A stretch of 59,597 nucleotides of DNA, counting the filler, from Basidiobolus ranarum (taxonomy: Eukaryota), in the NCBI GenBank assembly GCA_040143965.1. It is 11 parts of 11 records of this genome, joined end to end, with 100 filler letters (N's around TTAATTAATTAA, not from the genome) between each part and the next. Parts side by side here need not be neighbours in the genome. Positions count along the whole stretch, not along the records: positions 10,882 to 16,217 come from JASJQH010001628.1; positions 16,318 to 21,651 come from JASJQH010001629.1; positions 21,752 to 27,081 come from JASJQH010001630.1; 8 more parts are not named here. The stretch is one strand, 5' to 3'. The translations under genes were made by a program, and so were the position numbers. Shown piece by piece: positions 12,480-23,436 of the stretch. The number at the start of each line of letters is the position of its first letter. Position 1 is the first letter of the stretch. Under the pieces are notes generated by a model. The model searched no databases and was not told where the DNA came from. It worked only from the letters and a program-made list of their open reading frames with translations.

Positions 12480-13250
12480 CTAGATTACTGGCCTCATGAA
12501 TCTCCAGGATAAACTGTTCCTAAGTAGTGATTGTGGGATTTCTCCTGTAGCTGCTGCTCTAGTTCTGTTATGATACCACTGTAGGGCTGCATTGGTATGA
12601 TAGGAGACTGCATAGTGTTGCTTGCTGGCATTGTGAACTCCTCTAGCTTTAAAGGTTTTCCCTGGCTGAAAGATTGAAGTTGCAAGATTTTTGTCAACTT
12701 TGCCATGATACTAGTTCACTTTGATGCTCATTGCATTTTGTGACATGGTTAGTCTGGGTAGATTCTGGTAAGCAGTAGCAATTAATTGCTGTTGCTGGCT
12801 CAAAAGCTGCAGAAGTTGGGACTGCTGGGTAATGATCTGTTCTACACTAAATCTCCATTGAGATGTCTCAGACATTGCAAAGGTTCTTCTTTAAGGTGAA
12901 GGTTAGGGTGTTACTGCTACCAATGTTATAATTCTTAAGTTGTTAAGAATTATAGGATGTTCAGCAGACTAGTATTGTATTCTCCAAAACTGGACTGAAG
13001 TGTATTGAGAGAGATACTCCTGTATTTATAATTAAACTGATGCATCAGATGAGTAATGACTCATCTGCTGATTACTAATCTAATTACTAAGTCAGAATCT
13101 AGCTACATAATACTAGGGTGGCACAGTTCTTGGCCAAGATATCCCAGGGTGGCACAGCAATCAGCTAATACATGTGGACATGGCACAGTCAAGGTGATTA
13201 TGTGACCTGCTAGAAAGGGGGATGTAATCAAGTGACCTTCCATGGTTTAT
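12480..13250 (-). mobile_element. LTR retroelement 5' end (probably gypsy-type): LTR ending AACA at 12924, PBS TGGTAGCAG at 12922-12914, gag-like remnant
   Basis: Minus strand ...TATAACA-T-TGGTAGCAG is a canonical PBS pairing with a tRNA 3' CCA end. Confidence 0.5.
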
Positions 13251-13432
13251 GGAGTTGTTCTCTGTGATAGTGCCAGATTGTGCTATATATATCATATTGG
13301 ATAAAGTATTCTAGAATTTATACAGCACAATTTGGCACTATCCATCACCCTCTGGCATGATCAATTTCAATCATATTTACTCTAATACATTGATCCAAGG
13401 TCTGATAAATCCTGGCACAATGGAACAAGTCT
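13251..13432. mobile_element. 182-bp MITE, copy 2 (opposite orientation to copy 1; TSD TAT)
   Basis: Termini GGAGTTGTTC...GAACAAGTCT; TAT at 13248-13250 and 13433-13435; high identity to the reverse complement of 6603-6784. Confidence 0.85.
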
Positions 13433-13699
13433 TATGATCATAAGAACATCATGTAAACTACTATGAGTAACTTCCAGAACATCATATGACTGCTCACTAG
13501 TAATGATTAGCATCTAAATAACTGATAACTGATGATACTGGTAATACTGATTTGGTAATAAAACTGATGTACTGATGATACTGAAATTTGCATAACATAA
13601 CTAATACTTAGGTTACTATGATTAAGTAATTCATAATAATTCAACCTACAAAATGTAGAATCATGTATAAAATGACCCTGAAAGGTATCCATATCACAG

Positions 13700-14500
13700 T
13701 TTAGCTGGTGCTGACAAGGTTTTACTCCATATTAGCCGGAATTAGCTGCTAGGTGTTGCCTTGTCTTGCTACAGCAATCTCATGTGTTCTGCAGTTGACA
13801 TTCAGATAATGTAAAAGAGCCAAACCTTTCAAAGCCTTGAATAAACTTGCTGAATTGCAACATATTGGGCCAAGTTAGAAGAAATTCTGACTTTTTCCAT
13901 TGAGATCAGCTGGAGTTGCCATGGGCTGGCTAATTTACATGTTGAAACCTTTAGGATTTCTACAATATGTGTAGATTCATTCTGAATGATATTCTGATTG
14001 ATTTTATCTTTCATGATTTGAATTCCAGGAAAATACCAAAATTGACTAATATTGGTAATTTGCAATTGGCTTACCAAGCAGATTTGCTCCAATTGAGAGC
14101 TCATCAATCCAATGTGGTTGTGATTAGGCCATTCTCATACAGTGGCAAGATACGGTTTCTATATTCAGATTTCCTGATGAGAATTAAATGATTTAATGTA
14201 CATATTGGGAATTCTAATATTTCCAAATAGGTATATCTCTTGTTAGCCTAAGCCCTAAGTGATTACTGCAGTCCATATAGTAATTTGTTCAGTTTATAGA
14301 CCTTGTCAGAGTGCCCTGCATCAACAAAATCATCCAGTTGCTCTGTTCAGAGCTCCGCTACCTGATATCATATGGCAAGGCTATCCTTAAGACCATTTGG
14401 TGTAAATGGAGATTGTGTTTGGCTGAGAGAGCCAGGATATATCTATTGAAGCTAAATTAAGCTACTGGGGCCAGAGCTCTTACAGAGCTTCAACAAGGCA
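13700..14500 (-). pseudogene. Ty1/copia reverse transcriptase remnant
   Basis: Minus strand EQLDDFVDAGHSDKVYKLNKLLYGLQ and downstream YLVIGSL-like remnants. Confidence 0.75.
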
Positions 14501-15094
14501 TCCAAACTTTAGTAAAATTAGCTGTATATAAAACTTGAAACCTTTTCTTCACTCGCAACAGGTACTTTTGCAATTAGCCTTTTGATTGGTTATCAATGGA
14601 AATATGAAACATGCTTTTTATCTTCTGGCAGTGGGCAGTCTTCCAATGGAATCATTTCCCTATCTTAGACATAGTCCAATTGGCTCCAGAGAGAACAATT
14701 CTGCATGTCTTTGGGATTTATTAGGATTGATATGACAACTAGTGCAGGTGCTGATGTATTTCTTTATTCATCAATTGGTCTTGGGCCACCACACTCTTGT
14801 CCTCAACAGGCTAAGTGCTGCTTAATTTCCTGGAAGTCATAACCATAATATAGCTGATGACTTAAGTCTAATTGGTTTGGATAGGGGTGGCCAAGTATTG
14901 CTTGGCCATCAACAATATGACAGAGAGCCTTTGCTTGTTCCACAAAATTGTCTGCTCTTTGACAAATGATTTTATGTACTTCCTCCCCAATTGATTCCAA
15001 GATTATTTTGCCCTCTAAAAATTGTTGTACCAGTGTAGGTCTATCTGATTCCCAATGACATTGATTTCCTTGAGATTGTCAGTAGTGACAGTGT

Positions 15095-15425
15095 TTGGGA
15101 CAAGATTTGGATTTGTGAGTGAGAGAGTTATGCTTTAATGAATAAATAAGCCCTATTTATGGTTTACTATGAAATACAACTATTGGACCTGTTTAGTTCA
15201 TAAAAAATATGCAAGTAGAGCATGGGTGAATATTTGACATGATTGGGAGAACATTTGAGCAATTAGTGTAAATTGTTTGAAGTGATCTAATAGATATTTT
15301 ATCAATTAGAGCTATAAACATATACTTTTGAATGGCAGAATTGAGTCCTAAATAGTCAAAATATGTATAAACTAACCACTAAATAATTAGTTACTAACTA
15401 ACTAATTTGAAATTTCCTACTCAAC
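15095..15425 (-). mobile_element. Copia family A LTR (degenerate) with adjacent polypurine tract
   Basis: Reverse complement resembles 18219-18570; GAGTAGGAAA PPT on the minus strand at ~15412-15423. Confidence 0.7.
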
Positions 15426-15719
15426 TCACTATTTTATATTTCTCTTGAACCTACCTTTTATCTTAGTAATTCAAAGTGTGCTCCTGCCAAAGGTTTGGCT
15501 AAGAGTCAGCAATCATTTCTCCAGCAGAGCAATTGACAAATTCAATCATGGCATTGTCTATAGCTTCCCTAACAAGATGATGCCCAATAAATATGTGCTT
15601 TGTTCTAGAATGAAATGTAGGGTTTTTAGCTATTTAAATTCAACTTTGATTATGTTGAAATACAGTATAGCAAATTTTTGCATATGTACTAAGTCTGTAA
15701 ATAACCTCCTTAACCACAT

Positions 15720-16217
15720 AGTTGTTAGAGCATTTGGGAGCCTGCTGGAAGTGGCTTGGAGAATTAGAGAAATTGGTGGACTTCACTTATTGATTTATTG
15801 AGTAGAAAGTTGACATTTAAAGTTTTGTCACAATGTAAGCAAACTAACATGTAGAATGTGTAAAGGATAGTCCTAGGAGCATGTGTGCAAAGTTTGGGGC
15901 TTTTAGCAAAAGTTTAAAAAAAAAAAACATATCTGAGAACTTCTAAGTTGGTAATATATTTTAATTAAATTCCAGTTGAGAATAAAGGACAATATCTTAA
16001 TGAAATATAAGATTACTAAGTACCAAGCTATTCATGACTATATAGGTGCTTAGGCAAGGCTAATTTCAACAATAGCTTCTTGCATAGTAGCAGAGCAGCC
16101 ATATACTCTGCTTCTGTAGTGGAAATTGCTAAGGTTTGTTGTTTCCCATTATTCAAAGTTATGGTAAACCAATAGTTGAGCAAAGTGCAACAGAAACACC
16201 ATCAAAACCAACAACTT
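15720..16217 (-). mobile_element. Copia family B LTR
   Basis: Similar to 29754-30120 (TTGATTTATTGAGTAGAAAGTTGACATTTA; CTGAGAACTTCTAAG); a related fragment lies at 5230-5341. Confidence 0.7.
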
Positions 16218-16339
16218 NNNNNNNNNNNNNNNNNNNNNNNNNNNNNNNNNNNNNNNNNNNNTTAATTAATTAANNNNNNNNNNNNNNNNNNNNNNNNNNN
16301 NNNNNNNNNNNNNNNNNCCAATAACAGCCAAAGTAGCAA

Positions 16340-16610
16340 TTAAATATGGAAGATATTTGGTGATTTTTCGTTTGGGTTTAACATTTAATTCTGTCAATTA
16401 AGTCACTTTTACCAATTTTCACTATTTTCTCAAAATCTCTCCAAATCATCTCAAATTTTCACCCATGCTTAACAGGCATGTTTGTTATGATCAAACCAGG
16501 TCCAATAGTCCTATTTCATTGTAAACTATACATACGACATATTCAATTCAACAAAACTCAAGTGTTTATCTCACAAATCCAAAATTGGTCTAAACCACTT
16601 CCAAATCCTT
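16340..16610 (+). mobile_element. Copia family A LTR fragment
   Basis: TCACTTTTACCAATTTTCAC...CCAATAGTCCTATTTCAT...GACATATTCAATTCAA shared with 18350-18550 and 53460-53660. Confidence 0.75.
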
Positions 16611-16899
16611 TAATGACTTTTATCACTAACATGAGGCTCTGTTCAATGCTCTCATGGGTTTTTGCATTGTATTGCAAAACTAACACAACAAAACACAATC
16701 CACGGGCATAGAGTTGGTACCTATATGATTCAACTGTTTTGGTATTGTAATAAACTGACTGCATTTGTTTTATAAGCTGCAAAACAGATTTTATAATGAG
16801 ATTGGTTGTGATATTCAATATTGTTATCTAGCTATGTGGTAATATGTCACAAAAATGACCCTTCCACTTTTGTCTGGAGATTTGTTAATTACAAGTTGT

Positions 16900-17260
16900 G
16901 GATAAACAGGCTGAACTGTTTGTGGCGTTAGCAAAAATCCATGAGCTCATTCTGATTATCAATGGTAACAGCAGTTGATTATTTGCTGGTATCAGTTCTA
17001 TCCTAAATTTCAGATGTACAGCAGCTCTTCCATCATTAGTTTGCTAGCAAACCATATTGATTTTGTTGGATATTATTTGACCATGCCAGTGTATGCATGT
17101 GTAGAAACCAATACAACAAGATTATTGAATCATTTAATTTTCATTATGACTGGAAAATGGAGCCTGAAACAACATAATAATGGCATGTATATTGATTCAA
17201 ACTCCTATGTTAGTAAACACTTAATGAGGGCAATGTGTGATATTCAAGTCAAACTGTGAT
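16900..17260. repeat. Dispersed repeat family C (unclassified), internal part
   Basis: AAATTTCAGATGT...CATTAGTTTGCT...CATATTGAT...ACAACAAGATT shared with 27280-27410 and 38056-38185. Confidence 0.7.
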
Positions 17261-17279
17261 AAGTATTCACTCCATATTG

Positions 17280-18218
17280 TCATTCTTCTTGAGAGAATGT
17301 TTTGCTGATACTGTACTGCAGAGGGACATGGGCCATCTTTGCAGCAGTCTTAATACTTTTTGAACAATATCTGCAGATTTTAAGGTACTGACTTAAAGTA
17401 AGCATTTCCTTTGCATGATTTGGACAGATATGTTCTTCACTATTTACATTCTTGGAGTCAAAGGCAATTTGGGTATTCCAAATGTTCAAAATTCTGGTTA
17501 GCAGCTCTTCTTATGGCCTAGTGTGCCATATCTTCAGTGAGAATGCATTGGTGATTGAAATTCAGAATCTTTTAGGTAGGCAACTTTGCTAATTCAGCTA
17601 CCATGGATTGGAAGGCTCTTCACATCAACATTTCCAACTGATACCACATCATTTCTTGAGTAAGTTTTAACAAGTGGGCAAGATTGTGCTAAATCCTATA
17701 ACAAATGTCCATTCCTATGATTAACCTGAGTCTCATATGGTAGCTGGCTATTTCTAGTTCTGAATTAATGCAACTATTCTGGGATCCATGGCTATTCCCA
17801 AACTTGTGCAATAAATCCTAAAAGTTGATGTTTGTACTTGAAAAAATCACACTTGTTGGGTTTTCCAGACAGTTGGTTTGGTCCAATATTACTAAGACTT
17901 TCTTTACTTGTTGCATATTCTTATCCTGATTCTTACAATAGATCAGAATATCATCTAAGTAAAAGATTACAAAGTAGTCAAAGTACTTGGTAAAGTTGTT
18001 CCATATTTACTATTACTAGGATAGCTGGTGCATTTGTAAAACTGAAACTAGTAACATAATATTGATTGTGGTAATATGTTGACCTAAAGGCAGTCTAGAG
18101 GGTGTTTTCAGATCTCACTCAGATCTAGTTTTAGCCTGCCATAAGTTTAATTTTGCTAAATATTTTGGTTCAGTAAAGTTGATGTATCACAAGATCCATT
18201 TTGAGGATAGTATATTTG
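17280..18218 (-). pseudogene. Ty3/gypsy reverse transcriptase/RNase H remnant, interrupted by a nested copia insertion
   Basis: Minus strand KYFDYFVIFYLDDILIY (YLDD motif), FSFTNAPA, KTAF-like motif and FVIGFS..LAHL. The copia LTR starts at 18219 within the RT N-terminal region. Confidence 0.85.
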
Positions 18219-21207
18219 TGTTGAAAGTGGGTAAATAGCAATTCATTATTTAGTAGTTAGTTTATTCATATTCTGATTATTTGGCACTCAATTTGGCCAC
18301 TCAAGAACAAGTGTTTATTGCTCTAATTGATAAATATATCAATTAGATCACTTTTACCAATTTTCACTTTATTCTCTAAGATTTTCCAAATCATATCAAA
18401 GTCTCACCCTTGCTGTATAGGCATGTTTGTTATGATCTAAGCACACCCAATAGTCCTATTTCATAGTAAACTATGAATAGGACATATTCAATTCAATCAA
18501 ACCTAAGAGTGTAATTCACAAATCTAAATCTTGTCCAGAACACTTCCAAGTCCCCTAAACACTTTTATCAGGTTATGAGCCCCAAGCTAGCTGTTAAAGG
18601 AATGCCTACCAGTACTATTACCAGTCTTTTTGCATCCACAGAGAAGTTTGAAGGTGAAGACTTTCACCTCTGGAATTTCAAGATGAATATGGTGCTAGAA
18701 GTCAAGGACCTTTGGGGATTTGTTACAGGAGAAGAAATAGAGTCAAAGGGACCACAAGAAGCTATTCTTGCTTTCACAAGAAGCAGAGGAAAGCACTCTC
18801 TACACTTTGTCTACATTTCAGAGACTCTCAATTGAGGTACATACAATCAGCCAACAACAGCCAAAATGCTTGGGAAACAGTTGAGGGACTATATGAGACT
18901 AAAAGTCTGGCTAATAGGCTATATCTTAGGCAAAAAATATTATCAATTCATATGAATTCTGATGAATCTGTGCTTAATCATATAAGTTGGATAAAAACTA
19001 TGGCAGATCAGCTCCCACCCATTGGAGCACCTCTAAATAAAGATCACTTAGTCATGACACTACTTGGGAACCTGCCAGATAAGTTTGGGAACCTCAAAAT
19101 TGCCCTAGAATCAAGATCAGAGCCATTAACAATTGAATAGGTAGGTGGTAGGCTTTTGAATGAAGAATTAAGGAGATGTATTTCTCAGCAAAATAATGCA
19201 GAACAGGTGTTTTTGGAGCTGTAAAACATCCAACAGGCTTCAATAATGATGCCCCTAATAGGAAATAAATCATCTGCAAGTAATGTAAGCAACCTGGCCA
19301 TATTGTTAAAGATTGCAGAAAGGATTTTGGACAATGAGCTATATTCAGAACAAGCGAATCAAGTAAGCACTGATAGGGATCATCTATTTGTGTCTGCCTT
19401 ATCAGTAACCACTAAATGACTCATAAATAAGGTATATTGATTCCGGAGCTTCCCAGCATATGTCAAACAGGAAAGATTGGTTTTCCAGCTTAAAACCACT
19501 CCAAACCAGGAAAGTCTACTTAGGTGATGACCATGCACTAGATGCAGATGGTAATGGCACAGTTGTACTCAATTTAAACTAAAATTCAGCTACACCATCT
19601 GCAAAATTGGATGATGTACTCCATGTACCAATTACAGCCAAGAATCTGCCATCAGTAAGCTAAGTAGCAACTCAAGGACAAAATGTCATGTTCAGTAAGG
19701 CTGGATGCACTATCCCAGATCAGAATAATATCAAGTTAGCTACTGGGATCAAAACTCAAAACTTATACAAGCTGTAAATTAACAAATTGCCTTCTTAGCA
19801 TGCAAATGTGGTCAAAACCAGTGAATTAAGCTGTCAAATATGGCATGGAAGATTAGGACACATGGGAAAACAGAAACTGACCCAAATGATACAAAATCAG
19901 CTTGTTTCAGGCATAGAAATTGAAAATATCACTAAATTGGAGCTGTGTAAAGGTTGCATATATGGAAATATCACATGCAGCCATTTTCAAGCTCTGCAGA
20001 GATCAGATCCACTCATAATTAAGCCCTGACGCATTCTGACCTATGTGGGCCCATGAAAATGTCTCACTTGGTGGAAAAAGGTACTTTGTGACCTTTATTG
20101 ATGACAAAAAAAGATATACTTGTATTCTTTCTCAATTCAAACCTTGAAGCCTTAGCTATGTTCAAGCACAACAAAGCAGTGGTAGAGAAAGAATCAGCAT
20201 AAAAAATAAGGGTACTAAGGAATGATAATGGTGGAGAATACTGCTCAAAAGACTTTACTAGTATATGTTCCAAACATGGAATTAAGCAACAAACCACTGT
20301 ACCTGATACTGCACAGCAAAAAGGAGTCGCAGAACATGCTAATAGGACCATAGTGGAGATGGCAAGATCAATGTTACATGATCAAAAGTTAGATTAACAA
20401 TATTGGGCTGAATCTGTCTCCACTGCAGTCTATATCAAAAACAGATGCCCAACAAGATTGCTACAAAATTCTACTGCATTTAAAGCCCTTTATAGATAAA
20501 AACCAAGTGTGGGTGCTACAAAATTCTACTCATTTTGAAGACCTATATTGATCAAAACCAAGTGTGGATCATATCAGGATCTTTGGTTGCACAGCATATT
20601 GCCTAATTCCAGCTCAAAAATGCTCTAAATTGGATCCCAAAAGCAGAAAATGCTTATTTCTTTGATACTCTGATGGATCTAAGGCCTATATACTGTCTGA
20701 TATCAAAAAATCAGAAATTAATTAAGTGCAGAAATATGATTTTTGCTTATAAAGCAAATTTTGAACCTTAAATCACAGTTCTTGATCCAGAAAACACAAT
20801 CAGTGCTATTGAGGAAGTGTCTAATGCAATACCAGCTGTATCTGAGCCTTATTCAACCAAATTCCTAGTCCCAATTACAGTAGAGGATTATTCTGGACCC
20901 AGAAGATCCTCCAGAAGGAGAAAAAAGCCAGGACACTGGTGGAACACTTCCAATGATGACGTATATGCTCATGCAGCATTCTGTGACAAGCTACAGACTC
21001 TAGATCAAGCTCTGGAATGTCCAGAATCAAAATTATGGGAAAAAGTAATGTCTGATGAGTTTTCTACACTTCAGGACAATACAATGTGATTTTTAAGTCC
21101 TGTAACATCAGGGAGAAAGCCATGAGTTGCAAATTGGTTTACAAAGTCAAAAACCAAGCTGATGGAACCATAGAAAGGTACAGAGAAAGAATTAGTTGCA
21201 AAAAGTT
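18219..21207 (+). mobile_element. Ty1/copia family A element: 352-bp 5' LTR (18219-18570), PBS (18571-18582), decayed gag-protease-integrase-start of RT
   Basis: LTR TGTTGAAAG...TTTTATCA, then GGTTATGAGCCC. Protein motifs: EKFEGEDFHLWNFKMNMVL, YIDSGASQHM, WHGRLGH, HSDLCGP, DNGGEY, QQKGVAE, KVKNQADGTIERY. Multiple stops and frameshifts. Confidence 0.93.
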
Positions 21208-21651
21208 AGACTTGTTCCATTGGACCAGGTCCGATTGTGCCGCTCAATTCAGCCTGCTAGTATACCATCTGGGACAACCTGTCAATTACCATGGCTGGGT
21301 CCTACAACACTCAATCAGACACTATAAGGAACAATATGGCACTATCCCACCACAATTGGACACAATGATTTTATTGGAGATATTGTGCCAGCCTGTGCCA
21401 AGTTACCCAATTTAGTATTGCCAAATTACAATTTTGGTTAACTACAAAGTAAGTTCATCCGCTAGTTTGTAACTTACAAATTACTGAATGTGTAACAATA
21501 AGCAATTTATACTGTAACTTACCCAATCAAATGTATAACCAAGACATTCACATGTTTTTAGACCAATCATTTGTCCCTCACTAACACAGTATCCTGATTT
21601 ACAATTTGGTAAAACAGCTCCGGCATTACAAAACACCAGTAGTTTTGGCAC
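21208..21651. mobile_element. One end of a larger TIR DNA element related to the 182-bp MITE, inserted in copia RT
   Basis: Starts AGACTTGTTCCATTG (same terminus as the MITE) exactly where RT homology stops. Carries subterminal ATTGTGCC/GGCACTAT motifs; runs off the contig end. Confidence 0.65.
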
Positions 21652-21794
21652 NNNNNNNNNNNNNNNNNNNNNNNNNNNNNNNNNNNNNNNNNNNNTTAAT
21701 TAATTAANNNNNNNNNNNNNNNNNNNNNNNNNNNNNNNNNNNNNNNNNNNNTCAGTCGACTGGTAGAAGTGAGGAAGGACAGATCTAGACTTAC

Positions 21795-21940
21795 CACACG
21801 CACACAGGTCTGCGAGGTTTTTCTCGCTGTCTTTTGATTAATAGAGACGATATAGCTATCAAAGCTAGGAGTGCTTGTATACAGATGGCAAACCCATCCA
21901 TAAGTTCACAGTTCAGTTTCCGAAAACTAAAAAACAGCAT
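21795..21940 (-). CDS. 5' exon of a STIMATE/TMEM110 (yeast YPL162C-like) membrane protein; gene truncated by contig end
   Basis: Reads MLFFSFRKLNCELMDGFAICIQALLALIAISSLLIKRQREKPRRPVCV(W), matching the family's C.L...F...IQ..L......L..KR.RE.P.RP...W start. Ends at a GTAAGT donor (21794). True start could lie in a further upstream exon. Confidence 0.8.
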
Positions 21941-22779
21941 GACAACGTGTGTAAGGTAAGGTACAGTGAGGTAAGGTATCGAAGCTACTGGTTAAATGCC
22001 ACAAAATGATACAAGAAATGAGCAAAAAGTGGAAGGTGTAGTACTGTAAAAATAGTTGTCTAGGGAGGAGTTTGCCTATAAATTATAATTAGAAAAGGCT
22101 GAATCATCCCACTTTAATGACCATCGCTACCCATATATAGGACAACAACATCATCCAATGGATCTGTGACTGTATTCTGGATATCTGTTCAAGAGCTAAA
22201 TGGGAAGATTCATGACATCAAATTAGAGTGAGTAAAATACATTCATGCAAAGAGTTAGTTTGAGAGTGGCGAATTTTTCATTTAATTTGCTGATTTCTTG
22301 GTCATCTCCGATGATTTCAAACCTTAGTTTGTGAAGCCCCGCAGAGTGATCCCAAGAGTTGCAACACATGCAGGGGAGCAATCATTGTAGCAACTGCGGC
22401 AAACCAATCATCAGGCTTTCATGTCAAGTATGAGTTGCTAATAGGCTAACGATTAGAATGCAAATTTATTACCAGGAATTTGAGCTTTTGCACATAATGC
22501 GACTTCTAAACCCCACAACGGCAGTGTATTCTCGAACTGTTTTGATAATAGATGAACTACGGTTCGAAACAATCTAGCAGAGGCCAGATAATATCTGGAT
22601 ATAATCTGATCATCATACGAGACTATTGATCTGTCCTTCTGGAAACAAGTTTCATTAAGCATTGAAAGTGAGGAAAATCCCTGAGTTATGTGACCGCTTC
22701 TCTCGATTTTTTTTCATCAATTTTCTTTTAACAATGATATCAGCTCTCTTCCCGAACCGACAGATCACCTCTCCTCAAT

Positions 22780-23436
22780 ATGAATGCTCAAAACAAACCA
22801 CAATGTCAAGTGTGCCAGACAGAGCTTTCCAAATATAGATGTTCAGTATGTCTGATTCCATAGTAAGTCGCCCATATCGTTCATTCTGGTATCCCCGTCT
22901 AACATTTTTGTTACCTCAATAGTTGTTCAGTTGTTTGTTACAAAAAGCATAAAGGTGACAATCTAGCCTGTGATAATATTTTAAATGTAGTTCTCATACT
23001 TTGTTACTTGTAGAAATCCCTTGCCAAAAGCCAACTCCACAAATAGAAGGTTAGTGACTTTGAATGGAATATTCAGTCAGTCTTTAGTTGGTACGAATTG
23101 ATTTTTCATATAGAACCAGTTCCAGTTGAGAAAGAATCTGAGGATGACGAAAACAAGCTATCTGATGAACAGCTACAGAAGCTAGGTATTGCTAAATGTT
23201 ATTCAACTGAAATCATCTTTGAAGCGTAATATTAAAATTTTCTAATCCAACAAGCCTCCTCCGAGAAAGTTCAAGATATGCTTAAGACTACTTATCTAAA
23301 GGAACTAATCAAGCAAATAGATTCTTCGGAACAACCAGAAAAAACTTTAGACCAAATTCGACTAAAAGAACCCTTATTTGACGAATTTGCAGACACTTTG
23401 ATTGATGTTCTAGTTAAGCGAGAGAAAGAAGACTAA
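22780..23436 (+). CDS. HIT1: Zinc finger HIT domain protein (ZNHIT3/Hit1, box C/D snoRNP assembly), 134 aa, 5 exons: 22780-22862, 22923-22954, 23014-23049, 23114-23185, 23255-23436
   Basis: Spliced product [42 protein letters not shown]...LSDEQLQKLASSEKVQDML...LKELIKQID...EPLFDEFADTLIDVL. GT-AG introns of 60, 59, 64 and 69 nt keep the frame (405 nt). Absent from the ORF track. Confidence 0.92.
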
